A DNA stretch of 64,000 nucleotides from Felis catus (lineage: Eukaryota). Position numbers and translations under genes: made by a program. The notes below the pieces were generated by a model. The model did not search any database. It saw only the letters and a list, made by a program, of their open reading frames with translations, and was not told where the DNA came from. The stretch lies in NCBI RefSeq assembly GCF_018350175.1, contig NC_058368.1, positions 48,796,001 to 48,860,000 on the forward strand. The letters are read 5' to 3'. Below are positions 12,493 to 25,839 of the stretch, piece after piece (within the stretch, counting starts at the first letter, position 1; each line of letters begins with the position of its first letter).

Positions 12493-12711
12493 CAAAAGGG
12501 AAGGGCCATCGCGGGTTGTAAAAGGATGAATCTTTCCTCCAGATTGTAGAGGTTTTAAGATTATAGTCATGGGAGAAGAACTGTCAAATATGAACCTGTC
12601 CCTGGTAATTAACAGCTTCCAAAGGTGATAAACTGGGCTCCAAGTTGTCTCACAGGTAACGTCTGATACTGAGATGACAGGAGACGCGAGTTTCTTCACA
12701 TGGCATCTGAA
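12493..12711 (-). pseudogene. Pseudo-exon, 219 nt, phase 1-1
   Basis: tctcttcagtttgactatttag| ... TTG|gtaaag; QMPCEETRVSCHLSIRRYL*DNLEPSLSPLEAVNYQGQVHI*QFFSHDYNLKTSTIWRKDSSFYNPRWPFPF (two TGA). Confidence 0.65.
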
Positions 12712-13562
12712 CTAAATAGTCAAACTGAAGAGACAATTTATTCTCTGTCTTTCTATTCTTTGTTATGATCCATTTCATTAACCAGAACTTCAAGGTTATA
12801 CCATGATACAGAACCATGATAAACTGTAAGAATCTAATTGTCAAGAAAGAGCGTCTCATCTGTTTTCATTACCCATGATAGGCCCCTTCTTATTTTAGAA
12901 TACATTTAAAAATTTGCAGTAGGTGGTTTACACAGCATACTTAATAACACTCTAATACTTCTATCATCAAGTGTTTTTAGAAGTGATGGCTTTGTACTTC
13001 TCTGGTTATCTTGGTTACAAAAACATTAACTTTACTTAGAGGTTATGGACCTTTCAAATATTTTCAAATAGTATTAACAATTGACTCATTCAGTTTCAAA
13101 CAATTACCTCAGGCTTTCATTCCCTACATTCCAGGCAACTACTTTGGACTGGCCCATTAGTCTCTGGCTACTCTGGTATTTTCCTTCTCTATTCTTCCCT
13201 TCTCTTTGTGTTCCCATTCACCCGCAGGAAATTGGGTAATCTATACAAATTATCTCTTTCCTTCATCCACTAACCCAGGGATATGAGCTGCATTGCTAAT
13301 TTTCTAACAAGGAAAATATAAAGTGTTGATTCTAGAATGGGAATGAATGAGTCTGTGGTAAGAAGTGGTAGTTTAAGCTATACTTTGTTTTTCGTGTGAA
13401 GCAGCAGGCTCACCATGCGGAGGATTATGGAAAACAAAACAAAGTACAAGACAACACATTGGCAATTCATTTAACCCCGCGCTTTAGAACAAAACCTGGA
13501 ACAGTTGAGGATCTAAAGCCAGTCTTCAAGAGTTTCTAAACATTTGGCATCTTCCCCTTTAC

Positions 13563-13835
13563 CAGTAATAAACTACAAATTATATCTTTGTTCCACCATA
13601 CAAATCTTATGTAAATATACACAGCACACAGTATGGGACGGGGAAGTACCATCATCTGATTCCTTAGGACAAACGATTGGAATAAGTGGTAAAAAGAGGG
13701 TTCCGTCCATCCTCGAATCAAGTGACAGCCTGTTCACTTTGCATACCACTAGGGTATATGCTTATTTAATTGTTACTTTCTTATCTTATCAAGATGTTAA
13801 TTCAGGGTAAATTATTTTTGTTATCTGAGTTTACA
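13563..13835 (-). pseudogene. Pseudo-exon (start 13835 or 13748), phase 1-1
   Basis: tttgctatttttcag| or ccctag| acceptor, CTG|gtaaag donor; VCKVNRLSLDSRMDGTLFLPLIPIVCPKESDDGTSPSHTVCCVYLHKICMVEQRYNL*FIT; both lengths (273 and 186 nt) are multiples of 3. Confidence 0.55.
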
Positions 13836-13967
13836 CTGAAAAATAGCAAATATAATTCCTGCTATGCTACTCTGTTTGCTGCAAGTGATTAAATGAATTG
13901 TCGGTACCTTTGTAGGAAGTATTTCACAGATATTGGCTTATCATTGAATTAAGCATTTTCCCACAGT

Positions 13968-14270
13968 TTTTTTTTTTTGAGATATAATTGACATATAACA
14001 TTGTGTTAGTTTAATGTGTATAAAATAATAATTTGATGTACATATATATTTTGAAATGATTACCACAATAAGTTTAGTTAATATCTATAACCTCACATAG
14101 CTACAAACTTTTCCTTGTGATGAGAACTTGTAAGATCTATTCTATTAGCAACTTCCAAAAATATACAATACGGTATTCTTAATGCTGTTTATTATATCAC
14201 CAGGACTTACTTATAACTGGAAGTTTGTACCTTTTGACCCTTTACCCATTTCCCCCATCCATCCCCTCCT
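13968..14270 (-). mobile_element. L1 3' end (L1MA-type)
   Basis: T tail, gagatataattgacatataacattgtg...ttataactggaagtttgtacc. Confidence 0.85.
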
Positions 14271-15805
14271 GAATTAGATATTTTTAAAGCATAATCCCAA
14301 TGAATCAAAAACACAGGATGAAGAATGTACAGAATTAAGAAAAAGAAAAAAAATGCAATTATTATTGTAAATTCAAAAAAGTTAATTCTATTTTTGACAT
14401 AATCAATGTTCACATTCAAGACCTTAGTTGGTTAAGTCAAACAAAAGGTATGAAACTTATTTTTTTTTTTTACAGTAATAATGTGATCCTACAAGTTTCA
14501 CTTATTAGAAGCAAACACATTAAAGAGATGGTCTCTTTTCTGGAAAATCTGTCAGAAGTTTATCTTTGAAATCTCAACAGAGGAATAACGCAAACCTTGT
14601 AATATAATCTTGCAAACAGGCCATCCAGAGTGCTACAAAATGGTACTTCAAGGATTTGAACTCTTGGTGGCCACTCACCAATTATGTGTAATTAGCAAAG
14701 AAAAAAAAATACTACTACAAAACTGAATGCATATTTTAAAAAACAGATATATATTTTGTTGGAGAATTTGCTAATGTTAATAGTTTGGGTAACAGCAATG
14801 TTAAAGAGATCATCTAATATTTTTGTTTAAAGGTGGAGTTTCAAATTCAAAACACTTTTTTGACTTCTTCTTTCCTTCAAAATGGGTTGTCAGAAAAAAT
14901 ATTTGGATTAATAATTCTCAATGTAATGTACAGTCCTGTTATAATCCAGGGGGAAAAAAGGTCATATAAAAAGCATATGAGAAAAAGAGAAGGGGCAGAG
15001 CTTTACTGTGCACTGGGCATTAGAATTGTGGGTAAATTCTAGCTTGGTTATTTTTGCAGTGGTCTCAGTGTTGTGGGAGAAAGAAAGACGAGAAATTTCC
15101 CAACTATTTCATGAAAAAGCACTAAATACTGATAAGAGATACTATCTCAATTCAATTAAACACAATCTTGAGTGACACAACCATGCACGAGGCTTTGTGG
15201 CAAAATAGAGGTATAAAAAGAGTCTCAACACTTAAGGAACTTACAATCTTATCACATAGACAAACATATTAAAAATATGTTCCACAGCCAAGGATAATGA
15301 CAAAAACCCCATTTGTATTCAATAGATATTGAATTCTGTTCTTCACAATGTTCAAGTTACTCTCTGTGAAGTACAGTGAGAGCCACTTAATTTCCTTCCT
15401 GCAACATCTGAATTTCCTAGGCTAACTTTGAGGGCCAAACACTCAGTTCTTTTTATTTTTTTTCCAATTAAAAAGCTGTCATTTTAATTAAAAAATGTTT
15501 AATGTCTACCATAAGCTTCTGAGAACTGGGATTGATTTTTAGCCATTTCTGAATCCTATTGAATACCTTGTACATTGGTTAATGCACAAAATGTTCAATA
15601 AACATCCGTACAAGAAAAAATAATTGCACGATGAAACGAAGAAAAGAGAATAGTTTAGTATCTTACACACACACACACATTATAGTCAATAAATGTGCAA
15701 CTCACAAAACCTCTTACTACCTATGTGATCTTGGGCAAATTACTTAGCCGAAATGAACTTTAGTTTCTTTATTTGCAAAATAGCAATATAAGAGTGCACA
15801 TTTGA

Positions 15806-16039
15806 GGGGCGCCTGGGTGGCGCAGTCGGTTAAGCGTCCGACTTCAGCCAGGTCACGATCTCGCGGTCCGTGAGTTCGAGCCCCGCGTCGGGCTCTGGGC
15901 TGATGGCTCGGAGCCTGGAGCCTGTTTCCGATTCTGTGTCTCCCTCTCTCTCTGCCCCTCCCCCGTTCATGCTCTGTCTCTCTCTGTCCCAAAAATAAAT
16001 AAACGTTGAAAAAAAATTAAAAAAAAAAAAAAAAAAAAA
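15806..16039 (+). mobile_element. Young SINEC_Fc inserted in a MIR
   Basis: CpG-intact body, long pure poly-A, perfect TSD aagagtgcacatttga (15790-15805 / 16040-16055); flanks carry MIR-like tgtgatcttgggcaaattactt. Confidence 0.97.
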
Positions 16040-16702
16040 AAGAGTGCACATTTGATAAGATTTTGTGTAGATTAGATTTAACAATATAAAGTGCGTAGCA
16101 TAAGTTCTTGCATATAATGAGCATTCCATAATTACTAACTACCTTATTATTATTTGTCACTAGCCTATGTTTAAAAAGATTTGAGGCAACTAACACTAGG
16201 AAACAGATAAAACAAGCAAACAAACAAGAGTAGAATGAGGCAATAGTGTTGACACTTAATTTTTTCCAGTTCTTTGATCGAATACGTCAAATTGGTTTGT
16301 AGCTCAAAAAAAAAAAAAAATGCCCCATACCAGGTAGTGTTTTATGGAAGAGAAAGAGAGATTTTTGTTGCATCTGTAAAAATTTACTTTTAACAAAATT
16401 ACTCGGAGAACATGACAATACTATGAAACAGAGGATGAAAAAAAACTGAAACACCAATGCATCAAAGATGAGAAAGTTTGCCTTCAGGTCCTTGAGTAAT
16501 AGTTAACAAATCTGAAAACTGGTTGACTTAGGTTTTTATGAAGTCATAGAAAACTACATTCTCTAGGTATCCAGATGCATGGTCCTAAAATATGCTGACT
16601 TGGTAACTGACAAATTTTTCTTTATTGTTGCGGTGAATGAAGAAGCTTCTCAAGAGGTGCTCAGCTTAACAGAATTATGCTTCTCTCCACCGAAGTGCTT
16701 AC

Positions 16703-16785
16703 CACCAAAACCTGTTCAAAGATTCTAAAACCTACTGTTGTTTAAAATCTATCTGAGGAGACTGGCCCATTATTCTCTAGGTTAC
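16703..16785 (-). pseudogene. Pseudo-exon, 83 nt, phase 1-0
   Basis: tattttgtactatag| ... GTG|gtaagc; NLENNGPVSSDRF*TTVGFRIFEQVLV; out-phase does not match the next exon found. Confidence 0.55.
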
Positions 16786-17796
16786 CTATAGTACAAAATA
16801 GTATCACTCAGTGTCTAAGTTAAAGTGTTTTTAACTGTGAGGCTATGCTATTTGCTCCATCTACATTTCTTCCAGGGTCACAAAATCTGGCTGCATCTGC
16901 TTATGATCCAACTGTTTCCTGAGCATATTCCCTGTAGGGAGTATCTAGAGCTTCAGTGCCTTCCTTTCCATTCCCCATTCTTCCTTGTTTAAAATGCTCA
17001 CTACTCCAAACATGGGACCTGGTGATCCAGTTGCTTTCTTGGGCTCTCATAATAAATGATTATTTCTGTTGGTTTCTACACTTGAAATCCAGTGTTCCCT
17101 TGGGACCCCACTATATGTCTATGTTACCTCAAAGACCCAGCTGTCTGCTAGCCCACTGGCATAGATAGCCTATTTTTATTTGGTTTTTGCATTGTTCTCT
17201 ATACAGCAAAGTTGACTGGTAACCCTGTTAAGCGAAGATTGGGAGAAGAGAGGTCACACCTATTGCATGGTCCCATAGCCTGCACAGTGTGACTTCTTGT
17301 TGGGGTCTGTGAGCTCACAACACAATTCAGTGATGATGGCAGCCTTCCACACAGATTCATGACTGTGCTCTTTTGCCTATTACTGTCTTTCCTGTGCTCT
17401 GGGCTTTAGGAAATCTTGGGTTGGCTATTGTCTGAAACCTGATTTAACTTATAATGCTGCCAGATGCCGTGTCTCAGCTGCTCAATGGCATTTCTGAGCT
17501 TCTGCATTTGGCTCTCAGCTGAGTCAGCTCCCTCAGCCCGATGTTTGTGTCTTTAGCCAGTCCCAAAATTGTACACGGGAGCTGACTTCTCATGACTTGT
17601 TCTTCAGTACCCAAATGTGTAAATAGCCAATGACCAGGTCACTTGGAGGGAGTTGGGAAAATCATGTCGGAGGAGTAACACTTCATAGTGAATGACTGTC
17701 ATATCTAGGGTTCTAGTTGGTAGGATACTGAAATTGGTGAGAGGAAGTTCCAAGTGGAAGCACCTCATGAGGAGAGGCAGATAAATAGTTGTGTAT

Positions 17797-17797
<1 letters not shown>

Positions 17798-17826
<29 letters not shown>
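17798..17826. repeat. (TG)n microsatellite
   Basis: Direct reading. Confidence 0.95.
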
Positions 17827-17830
<4 letters not shown>

Positions 17831-17898
17831 AAGGAAATGAAGCAAAACAGTTTGCTTAGAGGCTTCCATTTGGATTCATGGAGTTGAATAAAAATTTC

Positions 17899-18116
17899 TT
17901 TTTTTTTTTTTTTTCAACGTTTATTTATTTTTGGGACAGAGAGAGACAGAGCATGAACGGGGGAGGGCAGAGAGAGAGGGAGACACAGAATCGGAAACAG
18001 GCTCCAGGCTCTGAGCCATCAGCCCAGAGCCTGACGCGGGGCTCGAACTCACGGACCGCGAGATCGTGACCTGGCTGAAGTCGGACGCTTAACCAACTGT
18101 GCCACCCAGGCGCCCC
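17899..18116 (-). mobile_element. Young SINEC_Fc
   Basis: CpG-rich body; perfect TSD ttgaataaaaatttc (17884-17898 / 18117-18131). Confidence 0.97.
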
Positions 18117-18793
18117 TTGAATAAAAATTTCATATGAGAAATTATGAATGTAAAAATAAAGAATCTGGTAGTATATTATTTATCCAAGGGGAATTCATTG
18201 AAAGTTTTTAAGAGGCAAACAATTATTAAAGGCCCAGGCATTTCATTGGTGCTGGAGAACAAAGGATACTAAGACCAATATTTGATATTTTCTCTCAAGG
18301 AGCTAAAATTCTAGAAAGGGGGGCAGATACACAGGTAAATGATTTTTATGTTCAATTCAAGCTCTTTTGTCCAATGCAGCTTGGCCCAGAGGTTGGTTTA
18401 TTAACCAAATAAAAAATTTGGTTGTATTTAAAAATACCTTTCATATTTTATTTTAAAACATTACACATTAGATATTTTCACTGATTTTTAAAAATATAAG
18501 TCAAGGCCTTTTCTTCTATTATTTTTCTCACACAAGTCATATACACAATGCATGGTGTGTGGTTTAATGTTTGTGTTTTTTAAAGTGGAGTGAAAAACTA
18601 AAGAAACATGCAAAGTAATGAGTGTAGATCTTCCTAGAGTTTTTCAGCTTTGTAAACTTGTATTTTAGTTATCTTGCCCACACTTACTTCAACAGTATTA
18701 CTTTCAGCAATTATCTAGTCTTTTAAAACATTTACATGTGTTTTCACAGAAACAATTCTTTTCACTCTTTTCATGTAGTATTGCACCAGTTAC

Positions 18794-18907
18794 CCTGAAC
18801 ATTAGAATAAAAAATAGCCAAGTACAAACCCCCAGACTTCTTCATGTGACACCAGATTCTACCAACAACATGATATTTGAGAAGGATTTTTCTTTTGGGA
18901 AATGGGA
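18794..18907 (-). pseudogene. Pseudo-exon, 114 nt, phase 1-1, fully open
   Basis: tttttatctctttgtaactag| ... CAGG|gtaact; PFPKRKILLKYHVVGRIWCHMKKSGGLYLAIFYSNVQ. Confidence 0.65.
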
Positions 18908-19983
18908 CTAGTTACAAAGAGATAAAAACGGTTCGTGTGAGATTGAGTTGAGGGCTTGGGGGCAGCACGTATGAGAAAGAAGAAAGAGACAGACCTAAGG
19001 GTTATTTAATTTAGTTGAATCCATGTAAACACATGTTTCCCCTTACAGGATAGTTACAAGAAAAAGAGTGGGGGGCCACTGTCCAAACAGATTATGATGT
19101 GGATGGCAACCCCGAGATTTGGGGGGCAACCCTGAGATTAGCAGATGCCTTGGGTGAAGGACCGGGGTGCATAAGGATAGTGTTTGCATTCTTCATGTAT
19201 TTGTACTTTCCTCAGAGAGGTATATACATTGAGACATAATGAAGAGAAAGATGTGAAAAGGAGTTATCAACCTATTAAAACAGTGATTATATAATCCTTT
19301 CAAACTTTGGAAAATGAAAAGGGATGCTATCAATAGTTATACAGCTTAAGCCAACCAGGACTCTTCCAGAAACCAGAATGTATGTCTACCCAAATTAAAA
19401 TCCTCTGTAGCATGTAATCTTAACCACTATTGACAGGAAGAAGAGCTTTAAAAATAAATATAATTGATTGACAATGAATTCCCTCATAGTTCTTTTGTAT
19501 CTGAAGTGGTTTTCTGTGGAAACTTACGGTTTTATATTAATTATCTAGTTAATAGCCAGATTATCTGAAAAAATATCTTGAGAATTATTTTATTCATCAC
19601 ACATATCTCTTCCATATTTCCCAGGAGAGAATATTTAAGAAATATCCAGGGATTTCTAAAATCTAAGCCATAAATTCCTGAGAACTTTATTTTTCTTTTC
19701 TTGGTATCCAAGTATAAGTGTTAGAAAATTGAATTTTTTTTTTTTGAGGAAAAGTTGCCCTAGAAACACTACTGCTATTATCAATGTGTAAAATGCCTTC
19801 TCTAAAACAAAGACAACTGAAAAATTATTAGTTGATGACAGAAAAGCTGAAAACATGTTGTAAAAGAAACACGGGGGATACTACAAGATCTTGTTTCTCA
19901 TTACAGTGTACCCATATACTAGGTGTTCTTTCCAGTGAGAAAACCAATACCCAGGATTCTAAGTGACTTGTTTAGAATTTTAC

Positions 19984-20193
19984 CTAGTACATCATTCACG
20001 ATGATATGTTGGAATGTACAACCCCAACTCTTCCATATACTCAACATAAATAATCCAACGAGCTGCTCAAATTCCTTCCATGATTCTGGTTATAAATTGA
20101 CACTGATCTATGCAGATTGTAATGAAGCTGTGGGCTTAGATGGTAGGCTCCATATTAGACAAGCCTCCAAAAAGTGTTACCAGGCTTTACTTG
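19984..20193 (-). pseudogene. Pseudo-exon, 210 nt, phase 1-1
   Basis: ccccttaactttgcag| ... CTAG|gtaaaa; SKAW*HFLEACLIWSLPSKPTASLQSA*ISVNL*PESWKEFEQLVGLFMLSIWKSWGCTFQHIIVNDVL. Confidence 0.6.
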
Positions 20194-21038
20194 CTGCAAA
20201 GTTAAGGGGTAAAACTGTGGGCCTGAAAAATTGTCAGACTAGAATCCCTAAGCAATTGGTGTTCCTCACTGTAACCGAAATAATCAGAATTCCTTTGTGA
20301 GGCAATACATAGTGGCTGGGTCAGCCTCTATTTCTTGAGGTCATTTGTTATGAGAATGAATATGGGAAAAAAAGAGAAATCCTCTGAAGAAGAGAAAGTG
20401 GAAGAAAGCAATAAAGGCAAATGGAAAGGGAGTGCTAAAAAAATAAGAGTTTCTTACTTAATGTAGTATTGTTTTGATTTGACTTATTGTAACCTCAGAA
20501 ATGTGGTGGTCTGGGAATATCAAAGGTAGACATTTCAAAGAGAATAAGATATGAGTCATTCTTCTTAGGTGAAAGTGACATTAACTGCCTCCACCCTTTG
20601 GCTTCACATGGTTTGAGGGTTTTTTGTTTTTTGTGTTTTGTTTTTCCATTTTCTATGCTCTGCAACATCCACACAGTGTCTCTTGCCATGAAACTCAGGT
20701 AAAGACTTGAAAGCCTGGCTCCTGGGGCTAACAGATAATGCACAAAAGAGCCACTTTTCCTCTGTGCAGAGCTAATTGACCCAGACAGGAAACAAAACTT
20801 CAGGGTAGGCTTCATTAACATCATGGTCTACCCAACTGAGCTAACAAGTCTGAACTAAAACATCATGATGCTATTTGCATGGTGTTAGCTGCATAAATGT
20901 ACTTTTTAGAGGAAAGGCCTCGATAAATATGCAATACTCCTAAAAAGTTTTTATTTTTTTGTTTTTCCAAAGGAAAATGATGATGGGAAAGAATGTAAAT
21001 AAAATAGAAAATGTGAACATTTTCTCTCCCTTCCATAC

Positions 21039-21077
21039 CCCAGGAGTAATAACTATATGTATGCTCTCCTTCTGGAT
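21039..21077 (-). pseudogene. Pseudo-exon, 39 nt, phase 1-1
   Basis: ttgttacaagtttacag|ATCCAGAAGG...TCCTGGG|gtatgg; open PEGEHTYSYYSW. Confidence 0.55.
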
Positions 21078-21142
21078 CTGTAAACTTGTAACAAATAAGG
21101 ACATAATTTTAATATATGCTGGACATATAAAACATGCTGTTC

Positions 21143-23292
21143 TCCTAGCCATAGCAATTAGGCAAAAACGAATGAATGAATGAATGAATGAATGAATGAA
21201 TAATAAAAAGGCATCCAAATTGGAAAGGAAGAAGTAAATCTGTCACTATTTGCAGATGACATGATACTATAGGAATAAATTTAACCAAGGAGGTAAAAGA
21301 CCCATACTCTGAAAACTATAAGATATTGATGAAAGAAATTAAAGATGACACAAATAAATGGAAAGATATACTGTGCCTATGGATTGGAAAAATCAATATT
21401 GTTAAAACTCCACACTACCCAAAGCAATCGACGGAGTCAATGCAATCCCATCAAAATACCAATAGTACTTTTCACAGAACTAGAACAAACAATCCTAAAA
21501 TTTGTACGGAGCTACAAAAGACCCCGAATAGCCCAAGCAATCTTGAGAAACAAGAACAAAGCTGGAGGTATCATGCTTCCTGATTTTAAACTAAATTATA
21601 AAACTATAGTCACCAAACAGTACGGACGACACAAAAACAGACACACTGAAATAGACCCACACATACATGGTCGATTCATCTATGACAAAGGAGGTAAAAT
21701 ATATATAATGGAGAAAAGACAGTCTCTTCAATAAATGGTGCTCAGAAAACTGGACAGTCACATGCAAAAGGATGATACTGGACCACCACCTCATACCATA
21801 TACAAAAATGTAAAAAATGGATTAAAGCCTTAAATGAAATAAGACCTGAAACCATAAAACTCCTAGAAGAAAGCATAAGCAGTAAGCTCTTTGACACTAG
21901 TCTTAGCAGCATATATATATATTTTTAATTAGTCTTCTCAAGCAAAGACAACAAAAGGTAAAATAAACAAATGGGCTTACATGCAACTAAAAAGACTTTT
22001 CACAGCAAATGAAGCCATCAACAAAATGAAAAGGCAGCTTCATGAATGGGAGAAGATAGTTAAGAATCATACATCCAATAAGGGGTTAATACTCAAAATA
22101 TATAAATAACTTACACAACTTAATATAAAAAAATTTTTAAAACAACCCAATTAAAGAATTGACAGAGAACTTGAATGGGCATTTTTCCAAAGAAGACATA
22201 CAGATGGCCAATAGACACATGAAGAGATGCTACACAGCACTAATCATCAGAAAAATGCAAGTCAAAACCACCATGAGACATCACCTCACACCTGTCAGAT
22301 TGATATTATCAAAAAGACAAAAAAAATAACAAGTGTCGGCAAGGAAGTGGAGAAAAGGGAAACTTTGTACACTGTTGATGGGAATGTAAACTGGTATAGC
22401 CACTGTGGAAAAAAGAATGGAGTTTCCTCAAAAAATTCAAAATAGAACCACTAAACAATCCAGCAATTCCACTTCTGGGAGTTTATCTGAAGAAAATGAA
22501 AACACTAATTCGAAGAAATATATGACCCTATATTCACTGCAGCATTATTTATAATGGGCATAGTATGGAAGCAACCTAAGTGTCCATTGGTAGATGAGTG
22601 GATAAAGATGTCATCTATATATACAATGGCATATTACTCAGCCATCAAAAATGAAATCTTGCTATTTGTGAAAACATGGATGGACCTAGAGGGTATTATG
22701 ATAAGTGAAATAAGTCAAGCAGGAAAAGATAAATACTGCATGCTTTTGCTAATATGTGGAATCTAAAAAAACAAAACAAACAAAACAGAGGAGAAACCAA
22801 TTTACAGATACAGGAAACAAACTTAGTTACCAGAGTGGGGAGGGGGTTTGGGGGTGGGTGAAATTAGGTGAAGGGGATTAAGAGGTACAAACTTCCAGTT
22901 ATAAAACAAGTGACACGTGGGATATAATATACAGCGTAGGGCATATAGCCAATAATGCTATAATAATTTTTTAATGTTTATTTTTGAGAGAGAGAGCAAG
23001 CAGGGGAGGGGTAGAGAAAGAGGGGAACAGAGGATCCAAAGCAGGCTCTGCGCTGACAGCAGAGAACCCCATGGGGGGCCCAAACTCAAGAACTGGGAGA
23101 TCATGAATCTGAGCAGAACACAAGAGTTGGACACTTACCCGACTGAGCCACCCAGGCGTCCCTAATATTGCACTAATTTGTATGGTGACTGATGGTAACT
23201 AGACTTATTGTGGGGATCATTTTGTAATGTATAAAAATATCAAATCACTATGACGTACAACTGAAACTAATAGGATGTTGTAATTATAAAAA
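21143..23292 (+). mobile_element. 5'-truncated L1 (3' part of ORF2 plus 3' UTR), decayed
   Basis: ORF2-like peptides [76 protein letters not shown]; frameshifted; internal (GAAT)n. Confidence 0.95.
22967..23162 (-). mobile_element. Older CAN-SINE inside the L1 3' UTR
   Basis: Ends gactgagccacccaggcgtccc. Confidence 0.9.
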
Positions 23293-24099
23293 CATCATGC
23301 TCCATAGTATGCTTTATGTTTCGCGTAGTTACATCAGTTTCCTTTAATGTTACTTCTATGACTCTAATAATTTACTTAAATCCAAGTTCTTTGATATTTA
23401 AATCTTAGAGGGCATCACTAATTCTTGAACATAAAGATGAAGAAATTAGTACAATTATGCCTCCTTACACATCTTACACATTCCTCTATTTTTTGTTTCT
23501 TAGATTATTTTTACATTACATGGTTTACAACGCTTACATTCCATTTTGTAACAGGTTGCTAGGCTTCATTTATATGACTTGGTTCTATATTTGAATTGGG
23601 TCAATATTAAACTTGAAAAAAGGAAGTTTTACCTGCTGATACTATTAAGTCAGGGAAGCATGATCTTGGGAAACTGGTAGTGCCCATTTGGGTTTGTTGT
23701 TTCAGAATTTCTGCCCAGAGTTTACTCTATGTGGGGGGCCCATCACCACTTAGCTTTAGGAACTCACATCTTGGGATGGGCTGATCACACAGGTCAATAA
23801 GGTCCACAGTGCAGCCCTATATAGATCAGAGGTCACTTATTTGGTGACTCATCTCTGTTCAATAAATTCTGCTTGCTGCTTCCCTTTCTCCCTGTTACCT
23901 TACCACATCTAAAAGCTATTCTCCAGTGTTAGGAATTAGCAGGGTAAGAGGAGATGGATAATAAATACAAGTATCTACAGAGGTATTCCAATTACTCTCT
24001 CCTACCACTGAAGTGTAGAATTTGACCCTCACATTCTCCCTTCCCCCGCCTATGATTCCATTGCAGTTATGATAAAGAGAGAAAAAATGTTGGTTAGCC

Positions 24100-24414
24100 T
24101 CTTGGGGTACTCTAATTTTCTTTCAGAGAAATTTATACTTTGGAGGACAGCAAAGTTAACTTTTGGCATTCTCTTTGGATTTGGAACAAATTTCTCTGTA
24201 TTTTCAGGCTTTTTTTTTAATAGCTTATGGTTTTAAATTTTAGATCTTTTGACAAGTTTCACGGGAAGGAGAAAACATCTGAATTCCACTATCTTTTTAA
24301 AAAGTACACGAGTCTGTTTGTGGAATCTTAATTCCTATATACTGTCTAGTCATCAGAGCCTGCACTATGACCACACTCCTTTGCCTCTTGGAACTTTGTG
24401 TTGTATTTTGACAT
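24100..24414 (-). pseudogene. Possible pseudo-exon, donor not defined
   Basis: ttgccctgcag| acceptor; one frame gives CQNTTQSSKRQRSVVIVQALMTRQYIGIKIPQTDSCTF*...KKKPENTEKFVPNPKRMPKVNFAVLQSINFSERKLE with three stops; needs a frameshift to fit the chain. Confidence 0.3.
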
Positions 24415-25349
24415 CTGCAGGGCAATTCTATTCCCACTTCGCCACCTTCTCAACATAGCCTAGTTAGTTGCCAGCAGTTATTCTTCCAAAGGAGCTTTAT
24501 AATCAATTGGCAATTATGAAGCAGTCAGATTAGAATTTTTGGTTACAAGTGCATTAAATTTTAAGATAAACTTGGAGGGATGTGACATTCACTTCAATAG
24601 AAAATTTGATTGGCTAAAAAAATAATGTGTAAATTTTGAACAAGAGGTAAAATCCATTGAAACAAACTAAAAAGGAAATTAAGTTGTGTCATGAGAACAG
24701 TGATCACGTTGGTCTTGTTCCTTAAAATAATCCCAGAATCTAGCACAGTGCCTGGCATAGACTAGGAACTCAACAATAGTAGAATAAGTCAACTATTGAA
24801 TCGAATAAAAGTGAATTCCTTTTTTAGAAATAGCATTCTTGGTAAGAATTAGAATTAGAAATTCTAAAATAGAATTAGAACAGAAACTGTGAACACTAGT
24901 TGATTTAATAAACAAAAAAGTGCTTTGAATCGAATAATCCAAGAAAAGAAGGACATGAGCACTTATTACCCCACCCTTTTTCTTTCTGAAAACATCTGGA
25001 TCTTTTTTTGTGTGTGTGTGGTGCTTTGCAAATTTTAAAGTGGTATAATTTGGTTGGCTAGGGTGTTCCTGTTGGAAGAGGAGGAGGGTTGACTTATTTT
25101 TATGAGGGAACAAAAGTGTTGTAAATAGCTCAGTTCTCTACATTATAATTTAAACAATATACACTTGGGTTCTTCCATTATAAAGCATTACTTTGTATGC
25201 AGTTGATGGAACCACACATGCTGCAAATAATATATGGAAGTTTATGGGTAGAACTATCAAAATCTACCGAGAACTACTCCCTAATTCTTTAGGCTCCTGT
25301 GACAACTTATGTATCTAGGCATAGTTAATAGGTTTTTTTATTCATTTAC

Positions 25350-25839
25350 TCTGGAGTTTGTTGGGAACTCCTCCAGCTTTCCCTAACACAACAAGACAGT
25401 TTCCAAATGATGGTAAGGGACACTCTGCCATGTTAAGGGCTAAAGATCCTGACACTGAACTGTTTCTGGGATCCAGTAAGGCTTTCTCAGATACCTGACC
25501 TGAGTGGGATCGAAATGGAAGACAGTCTCCTTTATGGTCCAAAAAGCTTGGGGCAGTTATTTCCCACCACTTTTGGGTGAGGCAATCAATGCCAAGCTAC
25601 ATCAATATCAAGATATTCCAAAATAGGTTAGTTTCAGTTTCGTTTTCTCTGCTTTCCTTTCAGCTCTGGAATTTTGCCTCTATGTTGCTGCCATGACTAT
25701 AATGGATCCATCCAGCTGGGTATGAGTTTTTTGTGGGCATCCATAACCACATGGGTTTGAACAGCAGTCACCAATTCTGTATTATGTACACCCACATACC
25801 CATGCATTTCTCTTGTTTCAGCTTTCCCATGTTTACCAC
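25350..25839 (-). pseudogene. Large pseudo-exon, 490 nt, phase 0-1
   Basis: tgcctactccacag| ... CAGA|gtaaat; 163 codons with 3 stops in the phase-0 frame (VVNMGKLKQEKC...KWWEITAPSFLDHKGDCLPF...GGVPNKLQ). Confidence 0.55.

Noticed and set aside
12409..12699. 96-aa minus ORF
   Set aside because: Alternative frame over the 12493-12711 pseudo-exon; the phase-1 frame fits both neighbouring exons, although this frame cannot be wholly excluded
14679..14722. Possible small minus-strand exon ending TTG|gtgagt
   Set aside because: Good donor, but T-rich body and no acceptor choice gives the 0-to-1 phase needed; not supported
19923..20300. 125-aa plus ORF
   Set aside because: Antisense shadow of the 19984-20193 pseudo-exon; non-ATG start
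21326..22766. ORFs with reverse-transcriptase-element similarity
   Set aside because: Frameshifted fragments of a truncated L1 ORF2, not a host gene
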